Source of the DNA: a virus
Taxonomy: Duplodnaviria; Caudoviricetes
Reading direction: 5' to 3' (one strand)
Length of the DNA stretch: 64,000 nucleotides
IMG/VR virus record: IMGVR_UViG_3300028591_000085
Span: 32,001-96,000 of that record
Shown piece by piece: positions 36,252 to 46,408 of this stretch. Under the pieces are notes generated by a model. The model worked only from the letters and a program-made list of their open reading frames with translations, did not search any database and was not told the DNA's origin. The position numbers and the translations under genes are program-made. The stretch's first letter is position 1, and every line of letters begins with the position of its first letter.

Positions 36252-39200
36252 ATGAGTTTAGATTATTTAAATCCAATGGCAAATTTATATAATGAATTTC
36301 TAAAGATATTAAATAATATAGTTATTAAATACACATCTAAAGCTATAGCATGTGAAACTGAAGAGGAACGAAGAGATGCTGAATCATATATGGATGCTAT
36401 AGAAAAGACTGATACATTTGATACATATGCTGAATTCACTGATGATGAATTAGTTGAAGTTGGTATATATGATTATAATATGAGAAAAAAATGTGTTGCG
36501 GATAAATCAAATATTCCGTTTGATAATTATAATGCTGAAACTGGTGAAGGAACTAGTTATAGACATGATTTAGTAGAACTTCGCCGTAAAGAAATAATTG
36601 AAAATTATGTAGAAAAAAATAAGTACTATAGAACATTGAATGGATTACCTGAGCTAAACACTAATCCTGAGTTTTTTGATTATGTCCCGGGTATGATAGC
36701 AGTTCAATGTGGTATACCTTTTGAAGATTTAATATTCGATACTCCGTTTTTGAGAGAATCCGATCTTGAGAGAATGACCTTTGAAGAATTAACAATACCT
36801 GAAGATATGGATGAATTTAATATGTTGCTTAGTAATTATGCTAAATATCGTACTGATTATACAGATTATGCATATAAATATATAATTGAAGATGGAAGGT
36901 TCGTACCTATTGAAAATCTTCATACACGATATGCTGGTAAAACTGTTAAGTTATTAACAAATCTTGGAGATATGGATTTGAACACAGTGACTAATTCAGT
37001 TTATCCTATTCATGAAATTCAAGACCATTATAATAATTTAGATCCTGATTTTCCTGATATGGGAGATCAGATAATGTCTAAATTAGAAGGTATTGGTTTT
37101 ATTGAAAAATTAAAAAAAAATCCTAAAATGTTTGGCATTACTATAAATCCTGACACGGGTGAAGAAATAGAAGACCCTAATAAAATACTTATATACGGAG
37201 GTGCTCTATCTGGTCCCGCTGTGGCTCTTACAGATAAAGCAAAACGGAGAATTTCTAAAAACTCTGGAGTTACTAATTTTTCAAATGTTATAAGAATATC
37301 TGATGATAATAATCCAATAACAGGATATGGGGATAATATCAATATATATTATTCAGTGTCGATTGCTACTACATTTGCTGGTATGAATTTAATTCCCGGT
37401 GACCATATTATGTCAACTGGAATTGGATGGGAAAAAATTTCTATTGAAGAAAAAAGACGTGATGGAGTTAATAGAGAATATCTTAATTTTTTAGGTTCTC
37501 GAAGAATAAGTATAACAAATGCTAGAAAAGCTAAAAATTTTTCAATTCTGCGCTTGGATAAAAATATTGTCAATACGAATATATATGAAGCGTTTATTTC
37601 GATATATGAAGAGTGCAGAGATTATATGACCGTCGTAGTATATCAATATAATTTTTCTGAGTTTATTGCGTATTACGATAATTTCATCGCAATGTGTATC
37701 ATGTTAATGGCTGAGATGCATTTGATAGTACAACAGATACCGTTTGAAATAAGAAGAAATTTCTTTGATCCTTATGCGATACGTATGCTTTATGAAGCAT
37801 ATGATATTCCTTACGATATATATGTCGATATTGAAACTCAGAATATAATTGCTAAAAATTTGAATCTTATAATTCTTCATAAAGCTACTGATAAAGTATT
37901 TTATGATATTTCGCATTTATTAGGATTCAAGAATATCCAAGTATATAAATATTATTTAGCGAAGCAACATCAGTTTGACCCGTGGGGTAATCCGGTATTT
38001 AGTACTAAACAAAAATTCAATAATGATACCGGTAAACTTGAAACGGTTGATGATTATGATTTAATGTATGATATCTATTTTCAAAAAGAAGAACTTAGAG
38101 AAAAAGATTTTATACGAACTTTTAATACATCAGTAAATAAGGTTGATTATCACAGCGTAACATCTGGTGACCCTTATTGGTGGGAAGATCAACATGTTGT
38201 TGATATGAAGAATAAATCTGAGTATAATTTTGTTGAAAGTAAGTATCTTGGACTTACAATGTCATATAAAATGACTGAAGTAATGTTTGAGAATATAGTT
38301 CTTCTCAAAGCATTATTATATTATAGGAAAGAACTTAGAGAGATAAGTGTGAATCTTTCAAGAATTATGTCAGGCGCGTCAGTATCTATCTTTGATGCGA
38401 TAATATTACTTCTTGCTATGATGAGTAGTGTACATCGTCTTAAAGGTGAGATTATTACAGTACCATCTGATATTGTAAATGTATTAGATTATCTCAATAA
38501 TATGGGAGCAAGTAATCATGTTGGAGAATATGATTCATTTGCTTTTGATTTTGATTTCTTTAAAAAAGATATCAATGGTGAAAGTAAATCTGATGCATTA
38601 GTAGAAAGAGTTAAACGCGCTCTTAGTAAAAGAGTGAAAGGTTATATAGTTGATGATACAACGTTTGAAGAAAAACAACAATATATTCTTGATTATTGCA
38701 TGAGGACTGGTGCAACTCCTCCTGTTGATATGAATAATCGCGAAATTATTGAAGAAGATTATTACGAGATATATCAACCTAATTATTACGTATATGACAA
38801 TCCCCCGTATTATACTTTATATTCGGGTGCTATCAAAACATATAAACGTAATACTTATGGTAATGCTAAAACGAAACAAGTTGTTCCTGATAACTTTAAA
38901 AACTTTGATCCTGAAACGATGGTCCACAAATCCGATGTACGTCAAGATATCTTTGATGTTAGATTATACGAATACGTTTCAGAAAACAAAGAGACAGTTG
39001 TTCAAAGGAATGTAGACGCGTTTAAGGTTGAGAATATGCTTAAACGTGGTGAGCTTAAAGAAATCCAAATAGATCATCATGATATTGATGTAGATACATT
39101 TGAAAAATATCTTTCCGTTCTTTCATTTAGTAGTGAGAAAACTCGTGCTGAAAAAATTGAAACATTCAATCTTATATATAGAAATATAAGAAATCTTTAT

Positions 39201-41063
39201 GAATTTATTAATGCTAAGATGGTAGATGAAAATGATCATGAAAGATATGAAGCATTAAAAGCATTTTATAAAGCTGCATTTTATGCAAAGGAAATGCGGA
39301 ATGTTTTCCAGATATCATATGTTGATAGGAATCTTCATACCACGAGATATAGAACAGCAAGAAATATATTCGAGTATCTATATTATCAAAATATTGCATT
39401 GTATTCAGCTATCTTTCATGTTGATTTAGATGAGGAATATAAAAAGTTCTTATCAAATAGGACGTTTCCAACGTATATACGTAGTTATATTCCGTCGGAT
39501 GATAATCCTGACAACTATCCGAATTCAATATTAGTTGTTGATGATAATGACTTAAGTTCTGATAATAATCCTTCAGTAACGCATAAGATTGCACATAGTA
39601 TTGTGGTTGAGCACATTCCATCAATTCGAGTAGGAGAACGTGTTGAAATATTTGCTATAGAAGAGAATGATACTGATGCTAGTATTAAAGAAAGATTCTT
39701 ATCGAAAGTTGATGAAGGTCTTATAGATATTCCTTATGATAATCTCAAAAACACAACTGACGGTGAGAATAAGAATACTAGTTATTTGTCATCATTGCTA
39801 TATTTCTATATCAACCACATAATTTTTGAACTTAAACGAATAATTGTAGATGTAAACTTTGATCATTTATTAAATAATAGTGCAGTTCTATTACAAGATT
39901 TGCTTATCAAATTTATTGAGTATGCAAAATCATTCACTGTAGATTTTGTAGGTTTAGATATTCTATTTGTATGTGATTTTAAACCTGAAAACTATTTAAG
40001 AATGATAGATGAAGTTTCATATATTGAAAAAACTATTGTTCCTAGAGAGACTATGAACTTTAGTTTCTACGACAGAATGTATACATTTGATAGTATGAAT
40101 ATGAATGAAATGTTACGGATGCATGATCGTATAGCCGAACCATGGTTTACCGATCCTGATAATATTACAACATTACCATCTAAACGTGGAATTGTTGGTT
40201 GGTATGATATATCATCACCAATTGAAGTCATTTCTGGAGTAAATAATATTAAAACAGTTCAAGCATCTCAGTTAGTTGATTCGCCAGCATCTACATTAAC
40301 GTTAGCTGCAAATGTACCAGGTTTAACTAACGATCATTTCTATAATTTACAATATGCAAACACTGATTATTTTAGCAATGGTAATAATTATAAAGGATTA
40401 ATACCTAGATTTTCAGGAGATTCTCATTTAGTAATACCTGATAGTTATGAATATACAATATACATGGTTTGCAGGTCAACTGGAATTGCTGACGTAATCG
40501 GTTTCCCAGTTGCTATTGAAAATGTGGCAAGATTCCATTCTGAGCATGGTGATATCATAGGTTCATCAGAATATAGGGAAGGTCCTAGTATACGCTTCTT
40601 GAATACACCATTGGTTGATATATACACCGGTGTAGGTTCGACCAATATGTGTATAAGAGAGTATGTTCCAACTAGTAGTAGAATTAAGAGAGGTAATTAT
40701 TTTATAGATATAATAACTCCTAAGGATGCGAGAGAATGGCATGTTATTGGAGTAGCTCAAACCAAAAATACTGTACGAGTATATATAGATGGTGAGAGAT
40801 GCTTAGACCATACATTTGCTGAAAATGGAGCTTTTGATGATGGAAGTACCGCAGATTTTAATGTTGCTATAATGCCTAATAAGAATTTTGGTCAAGGATT
40901 CCCTGATGTTAAGGATGGATTCTCATATTATTTATGTGATATGCAATTATTAATGGTTGCTATAGCAAATACAAATCATAATAATGCTGAATTAAAAGAA
41001 AATAGTAAATGGATAGCTAATAGATATGGTATTGATATTACACATAATATTCCAAGACCATAA
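36252..41063 (+). CDS. Large virion structural (baseplate-like) protein with C-terminal ConA/LamG-like domain
   Basis: 1603 aa; YVEKNKYYRTLNGLP, KATDKV, DPYW motifs of phiKZ-like structural proteins; WHVIGV....VRVYIDG. Confidence 0.65.
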   Translation: MSLDYLNPMANLYNEFLKILNNIVIKYTSKAIACETEEERRDAESYMDAIEKTDTFDTYAEFTDDELVEVGIYDYNMRKKCVADKSNIPFDNYNAETGEGTSYRHDLVELRRKEIIENYVEKNKYYRTLNGLPELNTNPEFFDYVPGMIAVQCGIPFEDLIFDTPFLRESDLERMTFEELTIPEDMDEFNMLLSNYAKYRTDYTDYAYKYIIEDGRFVPIENLHTRYAGKTVKLLTNLGDMDLNTVTNSVYPIHEIQDHYNNLDPDFPDMGDQIMSKLEGIGFIEKLKKNPKMFGITINPDTGEEIEDPNKILIYGGALSGPAVALTDKAKRRISKNSGVTNFSNVIRISDDNNPITGYGDNINIYYSVSIATTFAGMNLIPGDHIMSTGIGWEKISIEEKRRDGVNREYLNFLGSRRISITNARKAKNFSILRLDKNIVNTNIYEAFISIYEECRDYMTVVVYQYNFSEFIAYYDNFIAMCIMLMAEMHLIVQQIPFEIRRNFFDPYAIRMLYEAYDIPYDIYVDIETQNIIAKNLNLIILHKATDKVFYDISHLLGFKNIQVYKYYLAKQHQFDPWGNPVFSTKQKFNNDTGKLETVDDYDLMYDIYFQKEELREKDFIRTFNTSVNKVDYHSVTSGDPYWWEDQHVVDMKNKSEYNFVESKYLGLTMSYKMTEVMFENIVLLKALLYYRKELREISVNLSRIMSGASVSIFDAIILLLAMMSSVHRLKGEIITVPSDIVNVLDYLNNMGASNHVGEYDSFAFDFDFFKKDINGESKSDALVERVKRALSKRVKGYIVDDTTFEEKQQYILDYCMRTGATPPVDMNNREIIEEDYYEIYQPNYYVYDNPPYYTLYSGAIKTYKRNTYGNAKTKQVVPDNFKNFDPETMVHKSDVRQDIFDVRLYEYVSENKETVVQRNVDAFKVENMLKRGELKEIQIDHHDIDVDTFEKYLSVLSFSSEKTRAEKIETFNLIYRNIRNLYEFINAKMVDENDHERYEALKAFYKAAFYAKEMRNVFQISYVDRNLHTTRYRTARNIFEYLYYQNIALYSAIFHVDLDEEYKKFLSNRTFPTYIRSYIPSDDNPDNYPNSILVVDDNDLSSDNNPSVTHKIAHSIVVEHIPSIRVGERVEIFAIEENDTDASIKERFLSKVDEGLIDIPYDNLKNTTDGENKNTSYLSSLLYFYINHIIFELKRIIVDVNFDHLLNNSAVLLQDLLIKFIEYAKSFTVDFVGLDILFVCDFKPENYLRMIDEVSYIEKTIVPRETMNFSFYDRMYTFDSMNMNEMLRMHDRIAEPWFTDPDNITTLPSKRGIVGWYDISSPIEVISGVNNIKTVQASQLVDSPASTLTLAANVPGLTNDHFYNLQYANTDYFSNGNNYKGLIPRFSGDSHLVIPDSYEYTIYMVCRSTGIADVIGFPVAIENVARFHSEHGDIIGSSEYREGPSIRFLNTPLVDIYTGVGSTNMCIREYVPTSSRIKRGNYFIDIITPKDAREWHVIGVAQTKNTVRVYIDGERCLDHTFAENGAFDDGSTADFNVAIMPNKNFGQGFPDVKDGFSYYLCDMQLLMVAIANTNHNNAELKENSKWIANRYGIDITHNIPRP

Positions 41064-41107
41064 AAACAATATAAGTAATTTCCAAATTAGAATGGAGGAT
41101 AAAGTTA

Positions 41108-42199
41108 ATGGATAAGATTATATCTGATAAGCTTAATATTAGTGATAAGCCCAGGAGAATTCCTATGCCGGATTTTCCTGATGAAATGAAACGAGACCCT
41201 ACATTATGGAGAAAAACAGAAGTTCTCGTTAGTAATGGTGAGGTAATAAACAATCCCAAAGGGAAATCAACATTTGCTCCCGGCGCACCATTTACAGTTT
41301 CTACTAATATGGTTCCCTGGGGCGGAGTTCAGTATGTAATGGAACAGTTATTTGGTATCAAAGGTGATATAGCGATACCAACATTACATGATGTGACAGA
41401 TGAGACTAACGATGGTTTATCTCATTTTGGAACATATGATAATCCAGTTGGACCCCCTAATTCTCAAATACTTACTCTTAATGATACTGAATGTACTTAT
41501 ATCACGCCCGATAGTTATATATCAGGTAAACCCAAAAAACTTATTCCATATAGGAATGGGCATGTTGTTCAGCTTTTTGGAATAGGCGTTACAGGTACAG
41601 CAGAAAATGATATAACAGTATATCCTGTTAACTATAGGGAGTTTTCAATTGATAGTACTATAGCATCTGAAGATGAAACTATGCAGCCCATACAAGGCAC
41701 TATGGTTCCATTTAGATATAGTAATACTCAATTAGCACTTACTGGCGAAAGACCTAAGTATTTTGGTAAAGTAATTGATGGAAATGGTATTATTTCATAC
41801 TATCTTAAGACATTTGAGAATCCACCTGTTATAAAGCATATGTGGAAATTGTCTGAAGATGATGAATTTGAAGAGACTAATAATGATAACTTAGTGTCTG
41901 AAGAAGACTTTCTCATCAATACAAAGAGCTTAAATAATGTAGAAACCTTTACAGAAATTATTCTTAAGATAAGTAAGAAAGACGCTAAGGAATGGTTTGC
42001 TGCAATAGGTCAAGAGGATAGAGCTCGTGTAAATACAATAGCACTATTCTCAGGAAGATATATAACTAATTATGAGGGCTCTATAGATAATGATGGAGAT
42101 TTTGAAGACGTTATGTTGTTCTCAAAACTTAATATTCCTGTAGAATATTTGACGCTTTCAAAAGACTTAAATATAATTTACAGAGTTTATGGAGCATAA
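41108..42199 (+). CDS. Putative baseplate/structural protein
   Basis: 363 aa; LFGIG..G, VPFRY, YYLKTF, C-terminal IIYRVY; follows the large structural gene. Confidence 0.55.
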   Translation: MDKIISDKLNISDKPRRIPMPDFPDEMKRDPTLWRKTEVLVSNGEVINNPKGKSTFAPGAPFTVSTNMVPWGGVQYVMEQLFGIKGDIAIPTLHDVTDETNDGLSHFGTYDNPVGPPNSQILTLNDTECTYITPDSYISGKPKKLIPYRNGHVVQLFGIGVTGTAENDITVYPVNYREFSIDSTIASEDETMQPIQGTMVPFRYSNTQLALTGERPKYFGKVIDGNGIISYYLKTFENPPVIKHMWKLSEDDEFEETNNDNLVSEEDFLINTKSLNNVETFTEIILKISKKDAKEWFAAIGQEDRARVNTIALFSGRYITNYEGSIDNDGDFEDVMLFSKLNIPVEYLTLSKDLNIIYRVYGA

Positions 42200-42218
42200 A
42201 CTGAAAGGAGAGTAATAA

Positions 42219-43364
42219 ATGTTACAAGTTGGAGTAATTGGTATCGGTAATACAGGAAATCAGATAGCTACGCTTGCTATGAATGAATTAAAGATACCTG
42301 TGTTGGCAATAAACAGTAGCGAAAAAGATTTGGAGACGGTTCCTGATTCAGTTCCTAAGAAACTTATTTCGAGCACGAAAGGACTTTCTCAGGGTGCTGG
42401 AAAGAACAGATCTCTTGCAAAAAGTTATTTGAAAGAGTCTATAATGAAGGTTCTTTCGAGTGATGAAACTAATAAGTTTTTAAATGATATGGATATAATT
42501 TTTATAGTTAGTTCTACTGGCGGTGGAACCGGTTCAGGAACAGCACCGTTATTAGCGAATATAATTAAGTCTGCTTATGCAGATACTAAAGTTATACTCA
42601 TAGGTGTACTCCCTGTTAACAACGAAGCATTAAGTGCTCATGTCAATACACTTGAATATTTAAATGAACTATACTCAGTTCTGGAAAATCAGACATATAT
42701 GCTCTACGATAATGACAGATATGCTAAGTTACCGTCATATCTTATGATGGAGAAAGTAAATCGTGAAATTGTAGAAGATATCAATGTCATAAGATGTACT
42801 TACAATTTAACAACTCGTTTTGATTCTATTGATGAGCAGGATATGATGCGTTTAGTATCATTCCCTGGACGAATTGTTGTAAGCAGACTTGAAAAAATTC
42901 AAGAAAAGGATATCGATGGTAAATCTATTGAGGATATGCTGATTGATAATCTTAAGACTAATGCTCATGCAGAGCTTCAGAGAGATAGAAAAGTTATTGC
43001 TTCAGGCATTATAACGAACCTTTCACAAACTCTTACTGAAAGTTTTGATAATCATATTCCCAAGGTTAGAGAATTTGTCGGTGATCCTATTCATGATTTT
43101 AATCACATATATATCAATGAAGATAGAAAATTGCCCAATAATGTATTCTTAATCTTATCTGGTCTCGCTAAAGTAAATGATAAGATTAATCGAATAACTG
43201 ACCGAATCAATGAAATTGAAGATAGTCAGAAAGTCGATGATGCCGATGATGCTTTATCTGATGTAGATGTAAATGCTCTTAGTAGTATGGTGTCGTCGAA
43301 TGACTTATCTAAAACAAAGACTGATACGGTTGATATTAAGGGTATTTTTGATAAATTTATGTGA
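42219..43364 (+). CDS. Tubulin/FtsZ-family GTPase (PhuZ/TubZ-like)
   Basis: GIGNTGNQ, INSS..D, GAGKN, signature GGGTGSG, YDND, T7-like IDEQD. Confidence 0.9.
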   Translation: MLQVGVIGIGNTGNQIATLAMNELKIPVLAINSSEKDLETVPDSVPKKLISSTKGLSQGAGKNRSLAKSYLKESIMKVLSSDETNKFLNDMDIIFIVSSTGGGTGSGTAPLLANIIKSAYADTKVILIGVLPVNNEALSAHVNTLEYLNELYSVLENQTYMLYDNDRYAKLPSYLMMEKVNREIVEDINVIRCTYNLTTRFDSIDEQDMMRLVSFPGRIVVSRLEKIQEKDIDGKSIEDMLIDNLKTNAHAELQRDRKVIASGIITNLSQTLTESFDNHIPKVREFVGDPIHDFNHIYINEDRKLPNNVFLILSGLAKVNDKINRITDRINEIEDSQKVDDADDALSDVDVNALSSMVSSNDLSKTKTDTVDIKGIFDKFM

Positions 43365-43378
43365 TTTTAATTGAAGTG

Positions 43379-43444
43379 ATATATTATATTAGTAGACTAA
43401 ATGTGAGATGCGTGAATAATAATTTATCACGCATCTCACATTTA
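43379..43444 (+). promoter_or_regulatory. Early-type promoter motif followed by long hairpin (5' leader or terminator)
   Basis: ATATATTAT at 43379; taaatgtgagatgcgtga/tcacgcatctcacattta. Confidence 0.55.
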
Positions 43445-43477
43445 TCTAATAAAATATTTTTAAGGAGGAACCTTAAT

Positions 43478-44461
43478 ATGTCAAAGAAAAACAAGAATAA
43501 GAAGTCCGAGGTAAAATCTGAGATAAGAATCCCGGAGGACGTGAGAAAGTTTTCTTCGATGACTTTGAAAAAGTTTAAGAAGAAAAATGGTGATCTGTAC
43601 GATGGTAAGAAAGAGCTTCGTAAAGGCTTCTATCAGGAGCTTACAGATTACATGGGTGGAACTATAGAGTTCCTGGTGAAGTTCGGGTATATTAGAAAGC
43701 CCGAGGTAATAGAAACAAAGAACGGCTGTTTGGAAAAGTTCTATGACGAAGACTTTGTTAAGTATCTTATCAAAGAAATTAAAAAGAACGATGATTCGGC
43801 GATAGAGAACATCAAGCTACTGCCGATAGTTCTTAAGGATGTTTTAGCTGAGATACTCTCGGTTAATACGAAGAGACTCGCCGAAGATCCGAATGCAGCT
43901 CAGATGTCGACTGCAGAACTTTGCGACCTGATCAAGGTTATCACGAAGTCGAAGTTCAAAACGTTGACAAAGGCTGGGATTGATGAAGGTCTTGCGTTTG
44001 ATATCGTTATGATAGTTCCGTGTAATAAAGCATGGAAATACTCAAGGACCTTCAGAATAAAATCGTTGGTAAATGTGTTGTATGAACATGCAAAGACTAA
44101 GAAGATTGCATTTGCTGATATAATACAGCATACACTGAAAGAAGAAGATATACCGTATGTAATCACATATTGTTTATCTGAAAAGAAAGAACGGTTTGGG
44201 AATCTTTCCGATTCCCAGAAAGAGTTTTATATGTCAATTACGACATGGTGCTTTGATACCATGGAGAAAATGAATAAGAATGACATAGAAACTATAATTG
44301 ACGGGTTCATTAAGATTCGTCGTAATGATGAAAGTAGGGGTCTTGACGGTAACAGACGTTATGCGCTGTCAGGATTATCTGAAATTGATTATCCGAAGAT
44401 TTCGAAAGTCATAGGTTCGATGCTTTCGGATAATGAAAGTATTCGTAAGTATTTGAATTAA
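43478..44461 (+). CDS. Hypothetical helical protein (327 aa; start corrected from track)
   Basis: AAGGAGG RBS precedes ATG 43478. Confidence 0.8.
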   Translation: MSKKNKNKKSEVKSEIRIPEDVRKFSSMTLKKFKKKNGDLYDGKKELRKGFYQELTDYMGGTIEFLVKFGYIRKPEVIETKNGCLEKFYDEDFVKYLIKEIKKNDDSAIENIKLLPIVLKDVLAEILSVNTKRLAEDPNAAQMSTAELCDLIKVITKSKFKTLTKAGIDEGLAFDIVMIVPCNKAWKYSRTFRIKSLVNVLYEHAKTKKIAFADIIQHTLKEEDIPYVITYCLSEKKERFGNLSDSQKEFYMSITTWCFDTMEKMNKNDIETIIDGFIKIRRNDESRGLDGNRRYALSGLSEIDYPKISKVIGSMLSDNESIRKYLN

Positions 44462-44495
44462 CGAATTAAAAAAAAATAGTCAATAAACTTATTAT

Positions 44496-44532
44496 TAATC
44501 CCGCAAATGGTGTATATACATTTGCGGGATTA
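44496..44532. other. Intergenic hairpin
   Basis: taatcccgcaaatg/catttgcgggatta; no immediate U-tract. Confidence 0.55.
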
Positions 44533-44581
44533 GTGATAATTATTTTTTTCATTATTAATTAAAGAAAGAAGGATAACTACT

Positions 44582-45646
44582 ATGATATGCAGATTTAACA
44601 TTGGTTCGTTTGAGGCTGACAAGTCTAACGATCTTATTATAACCTATGACCAGTATGGTAACAAGTATTTCTCTTTTGAAGATATTGAGCAAAAGATTAA
44701 TATTCGTGCTAATACTAAAGCATTTCGTAACATTGAAACTAGTGACATCACTTGCGCTGCTATGAGCGAGGATGTTGTTATTGAGAAGAATGAAAAGAAT
44801 ATTCCTTATTCTTGGAAGAAATATCAACTTCCTAAGGATCTGGACAAGAAGTATCGGTGGGCTAACAATATAAAGAACCTCAATCCGATGTTTCTTATTA
44901 ATAACTATACTAAATCTGAGGATGGTACTGAAGAGTATTCTCCTGAAAACTATGTTGTGTACATAGCTATAGAATCGCCCAGATATAAGATTCTTGGGTA
45001 CTATACTAAGTATGCAATTCTGAATACATTTACTCACAATGATAAATTCACTGGCGCAACTATTGTATTCACTGAAGATGAACATCTTGCCGCTGATGAT
45101 GATAAAATTATTGAGATTAAGTTTTTTGATAATGTCACCAAGGTATATAGAGTTTGCACTATATCTATTGATGGTAATGGTAATCCTGAAATGGATATGA
45201 GATATGCAGAAGGACCCGAAGTTGGTAAGCTTAAGACTCTGAATAATCGTTACAAGTTCTCTCTTAAGATGAGAATTAGACCTTTAGCAGGTTCTCTTAT
45301 TACTCAGCATTATATATTCCCTGTAACTAACAGTGAATATGAAGCAGGTTCTGATGACCCTGAGAAGTATATTGCTAATAGTGAAGTTGAAAAGTTGGTT
45401 TCTGATCACTTTAACAATAACTTCCCTGAAGGCACCGAATACTACATGTCACCTATTCATATTGATGAAAACGGTGAGCCTAATGTTGAAGAACTGGAGG
45501 CAGCTATTGGTGATATTGTTAACTTCAAGTCTAAGGTATTTACAACATTCGGTGTTAAGATTCCTTATGATCTTATTAAGAAGTATAAGATTAAGAATGT
45601 TTTTAACTATGATCTTGAGACAAATAAGATCACACTTGTTAAGTAA
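44582..45646 (+). CDS. Hypothetical protein with high-expression codon bias
   Basis: 354 aa; AAG/GAG/TTC-rich codons like the capsid gene. Confidence 0.8.
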   Translation: MICRFNIGSFEADKSNDLIITYDQYGNKYFSFEDIEQKINIRANTKAFRNIETSDITCAAMSEDVVIEKNEKNIPYSWKKYQLPKDLDKKYRWANNIKNLNPMFLINNYTKSEDGTEEYSPENYVVYIAIESPRYKILGYYTKYAILNTFTHNDKFTGATIVFTEDEHLAADDDKIIEIKFFDNVTKVYRVCTISIDGNGNPEMDMRYAEGPEVGKLKTLNNRYKFSLKMRIRPLAGSLITQHYIFPVTNSEYEAGSDDPEKYIANSEVEKLVSDHFNNNFPEGTEYYMSPIHIDENGEPNVEELEAAIGDIVNFKSKVFTTFGVKIPYDLIKKYKIKNVFNYDLETNKITLVK

Positions 45647-45668
45647 AAAACATTTTAGTACTTTATTT

Positions 45669-45677
45669 ATATATCAT
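45669..45677 (+). promoter_or_regulatory. Early-type promoter motif
   Basis: ATATATCAT. Confidence 0.5.
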
Positions 45678-45738
45678 AAATGTATAAGTCACTAATAATA
45701 TAGTGATTTGTTAAAAATTTAAAAAGGAGATTTTTACC

Positions 45739-46215
45739 ATGAAAAAAATCACAGCAATTTCGAAGACAACTGCTGCCTTGAAAAAGGGTAAAACCTTAAA
45801 GGCAAAGAAGAAGAAGGAAACCGTGGTTCTTAGGGCGGAGTGTCCTCATCATTATTATGATGGGAAGAAGTTGAAGAGCCGAATTAAGAACAATGGCGAT
45901 GGAACCTGCACCTGCAAGTTGTGTAAGGAGCAGTTTAGGACAATTCCATTCACGTTCGATGAGATTGATGAGGCCTATGAGAACGTTAAGGAAATAACTA
46001 ATCAGGCTAAATTCATGGCTGCTCGTCTTGGTATAGCCAACAACTGCGACTACTTATGCAGTGTATCGGGTAATCTCACAAAGTGGCCGAAGGTTGTTGG
46101 TAAAACCATCAAGGCTGCCAAGAAAGAAGACGGCGTGAAAAAGAAGAAGAAGGGCGGTTCTAATTCTGGTATGTCTAACCAGTATGGACAGTGGAGTATT
46201 GGTAGACATCGTTGA
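45739..46215 (+). CDS. Basic putative Zn-binding protein
   Basis: CPH...CTCKLC; Lys-rich termini; AAGGAG RBS. Confidence 0.7.
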   Translation: MKKITAISKTTAALKKGKTLKAKKKKETVVLRAECPHHYYDGKKLKSRIKNNGDGTCTCKLCKEQFRTIPFTFDEIDEAYENVKEITNQAKFMAARLGIANNCDYLCSVSGNLTKWPKVVGKTIKAAKKEDGVKKKKKGGSNSGMSNQYGQWSIGRHR

Positions 46216-46248
46216 TGTTCCGAATCTAATCGCTTCTTCAAATGAAAT

Positions 46249-46288
46249 AAAATACCTAAGGGAATGAGATTCCCTTAGGTATTTTTTT
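46249..46288 (+). terminator. Intrinsic terminator
   Basis: aaaatacctaagggaat/attcccttaggtatttt. Confidence 0.8.
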
Positions 46289-46343
46289 ATTGCATATTTT
46301 CTATGTTCCTATAATGGTAGGAATAGGATAATATTTTAATAAA

Positions 46344-46355
46344 AACATTAAAATA
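46344..46355 (+). promoter_or_regulatory. Late-type promoter motif
   Basis: AACA-TTAAAA-TA. Confidence 0.55.
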
Positions 46356-46408
46356 AGCATATTAATAATAATAAATATGCTTATTAAAAAGAAAGGTTGT
46401 GAATAAAA

